Source: Lama guanicoe (lineage: Eukaryota). From it: a stretch of 64,000 bases of DNA. Positions 59,640 through 64,000 of the stretch are shown in pieces (positions within the stretch are counted from its first letter, which is position 1; every line of letters starts with the position of its first letter). The notes beneath the pieces were generated by a model. That model was not told the DNA's origin. It worked only from the letters and a program-made list of their open reading frames with translations, and ran no database searches. The stretch spans positions 9,534,898 to 9,598,897 of the forward strand of contig MU054212.1 of assembly GCA_013239625.1 (NCBI GenBank), written 5' to 3'. The translations under genes and the position numbers were made by a program.

Positions 59640-59745
59640 TTACCTTTAACCAAGGAAATGGAGTTTCAGAGAGGTTAAGAAACTAGCCTGAGGTCACACA
59701 GGCGGTAAAAGGTGATCAAGAGGAACCCAGGACTCTTGACACCTG
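59640..59745 (-). mobile_element. MIR SINE fragment
   Basis: aggaaatggagtttcagagaggttaagaaactagcctgaggtcacacagg...gaacccaggactcttgac. Confidence 0.7.
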
Positions 59746-60218
59746 CCTACCTGTTCAGGAGATGCTGGGAGCCTTGGGGAGGGTCCAGGAAAGTTCAAAG
59801 CAGAAGTGTGGGGAGCGGGGTTGAGGGTGGGGGTGAGGCAGGCAGAGAGTGTGAACCAGACCCAGCTGGGTAGGATGAGGGAGGGAGGAGGAGACCGCAG
59901 AAGGGGCTCCATCCCTGGGGCCAGGGCATGCCCAGGCCGACCCTGAATGCTTAGGGGTGCTGTCTGGACGCGTGGCAGGGACCCTGGGAGGACTCGTCCC
60001 CCGGCACCTTGATTCTGAGGCTCACGTCAAGCCTCTATGTAAGAGCAGATGGGGTGAGCCCTGTGCATTGACAAGGACTGGGGAAGGAATTTGCTGTATT
60101 GCTGGGGCCCATCTTCCACGGTAAATTAAACCAGGCAAATGGAATCTGCCTGTGCGTGGCGCCTTCCACCCCTGGGGGCACCCCACCCTCAGGCAGCCAA
60201 CCACCCTCCAGCCCACTG

Positions 60219-60275
60219 TCCCTGCTACCTGGGCGCTCGTGAATGCCTCCCTGCTACCTGGGCGCTCGTGAATGC
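60219..60275. repeat. Perfect 28-bp direct duplication, period 29
   Basis: tccctgctacctgggcgctcgtgaatgc at 60219-60246 and 60248-60275. Confidence 0.95.
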
Positions 60276-62668
60276 ACGGCCCAGGCTCACGGACTCAGGC
60301 TTGACTGCCCCCAGCCCTCCCAGGCCAGGCCAGCCGTGGACGGTACGCCCAGGTCTCGTCCACAGCTCGTGCTGGGCTTCCTGGCAGCAGGGACCCAGCG
60401 GCTCATCCAGCCTCCCGCTTGCCCTCAGCCGTGGGCTGGGCACCCACACTGGAGCCAAACTGACTTAGTTGCCGTGTACCCGTGGCTCCTGGGGTCGTAT
60501 TTCATGTCCCATTATGATCTAGGGATGGTCAGCGTCCAGACAGCCTTTGCGGGGCTGTCAGAGAGGTGCCGGGCTGGATGGAGAGAGAAAATACGGCCCA
60601 TGCTTTCTTAATTCTCAGCAGAAATAAAGTGTCAGGCTCGGCTGGGAAGAGTTCTTAGCGGGAGCAGACTCTACACGGATGCCTCGGGCCTGAAGGGACA
60701 TCTCCCTCCTCTGCTCAGTGCCTCTCTTCCCTGTTCCAGACTCCAGACCCGTCCAGCCTCACTGAGGCCTGCTTCTGTTTTGGAAAGAGGAGGCCAGGCC
60801 AGGCTGCAGAGATGGCCAGTGAGGCAGGAACGATGAGGGCGGGGAGGGAGGATCCTGGCAGGAAGGTGGGAGGGGCATGTGCCATCTCCTTGACTTTCTT
60901 CTAACTTTGTCCATGGTCTCAGGACCTTTCAGTCCCACGAGCACCCAGGGATCCCTTGCAGATAAACACTGAGCTTTGAGGACCCTGGAGCTCACTTCTT
61001 TGTGCCTTTACCTTTAACCCATCTCTTGCTCTGTCCTGCTGTCCCTCTCAGCCACTATACTTTCCTTCTGGAATGGCCTGGGTCATCAGCATATGGTGAG
61101 CCACTGTGGCCTTCAGCCCAGGTTGTGACCCCAGGTGCCTGATCTGGGCTACCTTCCCCAGGTCAGGAACAGCTCCCTAAAGTCACCCTCAGGCTTCTGG
61201 GGTCAGTGCTTCAGGGACATCACTAATTCTTGTCAGCTGTGTTCCTGCTTCCAACCCAGGAGCCCCTCAGTGGGAGCAAGTGGTCCTGGCCCAGGATCGG
61301 GGTCCTCTCTGCTCCCTACAGCAGGCAGCCAGCTGATGGCTGGCAGGCGGCGGGAGCCCCTTCCCTCCCAGGCCCCTTCTGCTCCAGCTCTGCCTCCCCT
61401 CCCCCTCCCCATCTCTGCCACTTTTTGCGTCAACACATATCCATGCATTAAACAAGACATTCCATTAATTTCTTCATCATCATAACTTAAGCTGGGACAT
61501 ACCCTTTAAATATTCATTCAGCTATGAAAACTGGGCATTAAAATTTTAATAATGTCAAGCTCATTTGAACCAGGCTCCTTGGGGACAATTACGATACAAT
61601 TAGAATAAATATGATGATTGAGCTAGTCCAAAGGCTTCACCTGTCCGTCCAGTGTGGCTCCCAGTGGAAGGAGAGGCCTGTGGCCAGTGCGCAGATGGAC
61701 AGACTGATGGACAGCCCAGCAGGTTCTGACTTGATTCTCTCTCCCCCTCCCACACCCCCTCCCTACCATCTCAGTTCCCGGGGCGACATCTCCCTCCCTC
61801 TGCAGGTCTCTGCTGCCCTCTGTGGGCAGGTGCAGGGGCCTCCCTCTCCATCAGGGAAGTTGGCCCCCATTAACCCAATGGCTTCAGTTACCCCTTTCCT
61901 TGCCCTCCTGGTACAGCCTGGACCGTGCTCCTGGGCTTGTTTCGGGTGAAAGCCATTTTCCTGTCTGCCTCTTCTCCCTTACCCTGCGAGGGGCTCCCTG
62001 AGGCTGGAATGAGCACCCCACCAGAGCTGGGACAGCCAGCAGAGGGGCCCCTGGCCCTGGAGTGCACAGATGTGTTCTGCCACCAGGCCAGAAAGGGACT
62101 GGCTTCACCTGGCTTCCCTTCTGCTGTTGCCACCTTCCTAGGGGCTGGCATGGAGGTTTAGAGGGGCTGAGCCCACCTCTGTCCCTCATTGCCTGGCACC
62201 TGCCAGTGTGGGCAGAAGAGAGCCTGGGGGACGTCCAGAGCTCTGTCCTGCTTCACTCAGGACAGTCCTCACCACCCACAGGATCACTGGGGGTCTTTTC
62301 CTGGGAGCTGGCCCCCCCCCCACCTGTCTTCTCAGGAACCCAAGCCCTCTGCTTCACAGCCAGCCCCTGGGTTGCTGAGCCAGAGCTGTCTTAGAGAGAA
62401 AAGAGCCTGGAAAGTCCCCTGTCACTCCTCAATGACCATCCAAACCTCCTCTTGCTCCATGAGAGTTCCTGCTCTTCCAACAATAGTTCCTTGGTTGTCT
62501 CTCAGCCCCCTGGTCACACGGGCCCTACTTCTCTCTCTGTCTCTCACTCATGTGTGCCGTGTGTGTCACAGCCTGAGACAGACAAACAATTGTTTCTTAA
62601 GCAAGATCAGTGACCTGACTTCCTACTCACAGATCCCCAGACCCTAACTCAGAGCTGAGCTCCCCTGG

Positions 62669-62712
62669 AGTGTGTGTGTGTGTGTGTGTGTGTGTGTACA
62701 CGCGTGTGCGCG
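62669..62712. repeat. (GT)n microsatellite with an alternating purine-pyrimidine tail
   Basis: About 14 gt units followed by acacgcgtgtgcgcgc. Confidence 0.9.
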
Positions 62713-63469
62713 CCCCTGTGCGCATGCCCGCCTGTGCCCACGCTTGAACAGTACTTGGGTGACATCACAGACATCATAAGAAAATTCATTCAGGTTGGGG
62801 ACTGGGATTAAATGGGATGAGGGAGGAGACTAGAGCCGTGCCTGCTGCATAGCAGGCTCCCAGCAAACGCCAGCTTCTGTGTTGTTTTCTAATCCGTGAC
62901 CCAGAAATGCCTCAGGAAGTTCTGGACCGATGCCCAGCCCGGGGCCAAGGGAGGGGGAGGATGGTTGGGGGTGGCAGGGTGGCCATGGTGGTGGCCTATG
63001 GAGATAGCCAGAGCGCTCTCCAGCCAGCAGCTGCGCCTCCCGATGTAATTCTAGGGTGGACGTCCAAACATCACAGACGAGGGTCCTCTCTGGCTCCTTT
63101 TGGGGTGTGTGAGTGCCGGGTGACACCTAGCTCCCTGCTCACCAGAAGGCTCCGTTTCTTCCCAAGCCACAAAGTATCTGGGAATGCTTCTTTTTGACCA
63201 AACCTGCAGCCTTCACTGGAGGCAGCTCTCACCTCCCTGTGCCCACCCACTCCTGGGGGGTGCTTGTGAAGGGCCTGGCCCCTGCTCTTCATCTGTCCCC
63301 GCTGTTTGTTCTCATCCCCTCCAAAAGAACTCAGCTTTATGCTGTCCGCCCCCACCCCGGCACACACCATGGTCATGGAAATGGTGAAGCAGCAGACCCT
63401 GCGTACTGGGGCCCGTTGGCACATCCGTGCCCTAACCCAGTGGCACTGCTGCTCTGGGAAGAGAGAGAT

Positions 63470-63745
63470 GATTTTCAGGGCCCCTTGTTCAAAAAACATC
63501 ATTAAAGCACTGAAATATAAAGCTTCCCCTTTCTTCCATGGTCTCCCTTTCTTAACTCGTCATGGTGATTTTTATTTGCTATTTGATGTTATTTTAAGGA
63601 AAGAAACATAAATTTTAAATTATTAGCATGTATTCTACCATTCATCTTGATTTTGTGTGATGCCAGTTTTAAATGCAAATAGCAGAACGTTTAACTCCTG
63701 TGCAGAATCACCAAAATTACACCCTTCATTTATTGTGGCTCATGC
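63470..63745. mobile_element. MER45-family (hAT-Tip100-like) DNA transposon fragment
   Basis: gggccccttgttcaaaaa...tgaaatataaagctt...tcatggtgatttttatttgctattt...aaattattagcatg...tgccagttttaaatgcaaata resembles MER45-type internal sequence as I recall it. Confidence 0.55.
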
Positions 63746-64000
63746 CTGGAGGGTACCTTGAGCTGGCTGGAGGGGAGGAATGCAAGCCAGACTCAGGAAG
63801 GTTAAGGAGCAAAAGAGGGTCCCTTCAGACACAGAGACCCTCACAGGTACCCAGAACCCAGCCCTGCAACAGGGGAGGCTGGCTGGTCCTGAGGACCACT
63901 CCCTTCCACTGACTCCAGACTGATCCATCACAACCCAGCAGAGAGTGGGCCCTGGGGAGTCAAGCCAGGCTTCACTTGTGCCCACGCCCACCCTGTCCTA

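Larger units (their letters stand above)
1..64000 (-). other. CELF4: CELF4 (CUGBP Elav-like family member 4) transcription unit, partial: intron 2 through intron 11
   Basis: Nine minus-strand exons splice in frame to [49 protein letters not shown]...[13 protein letters not shown]. The [10 protein letters not shown] linker and the divergent-domain sequence are recognisable as CELF4 rather than CELF3/5/6. Confidence 0.96.

Noticed and set aside
63500..63745. AT-rich block with ATGCAAAT as a candidate conserved enhancer
   Set aside because: Better explained as a MER45-type DNA transposon remnant.

Overview
This is GC-rich eutherian mammalian genomic DNA with two short assembly gaps (N at 3620-3630 and 17998-18044). 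The whole window lies inside one gene on the minus strand: CELF4 (BRUNOL4), a neuronal CUGBP/ELAV-like RNA-binding protein. Nine coding exons (3-11 by my recollection of human numbering; 79, 129, 80, 144, 148, 150, 66, 84 and 84/144 nt) have canonical AG/GT boundaries and consistent phases. They encode the end of RRM1, RRM2, the Q/A/P-rich divergent domain and the first part of RRM3; exons 1-2 and the last coding exon lie outside the window. The rest is intron, with old repeats (MIR, L2, MLT1, MER5A, MER20, MER53, L1M), an intragenic CpG island over exons 4-6, several AT-rich motif-dense islands resembling conserved enhancers, and a recent 255-bp tandem duplication. Nearly all ORF-track entries are spurious. 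I found no evidence of a wholly new biological system. The best leads are stacked tandem splice sites, an RRM3-breaking internal donor, a candidate stop-containing exon in intron 7, a 135-nt AG-free zone before exon 10, a miR-1302-like MER53 hairpin, and two non-conservative RRM3 codons beside a gap that are probably sequence errors. Gene and repeat identities come from recognition, not database searches.
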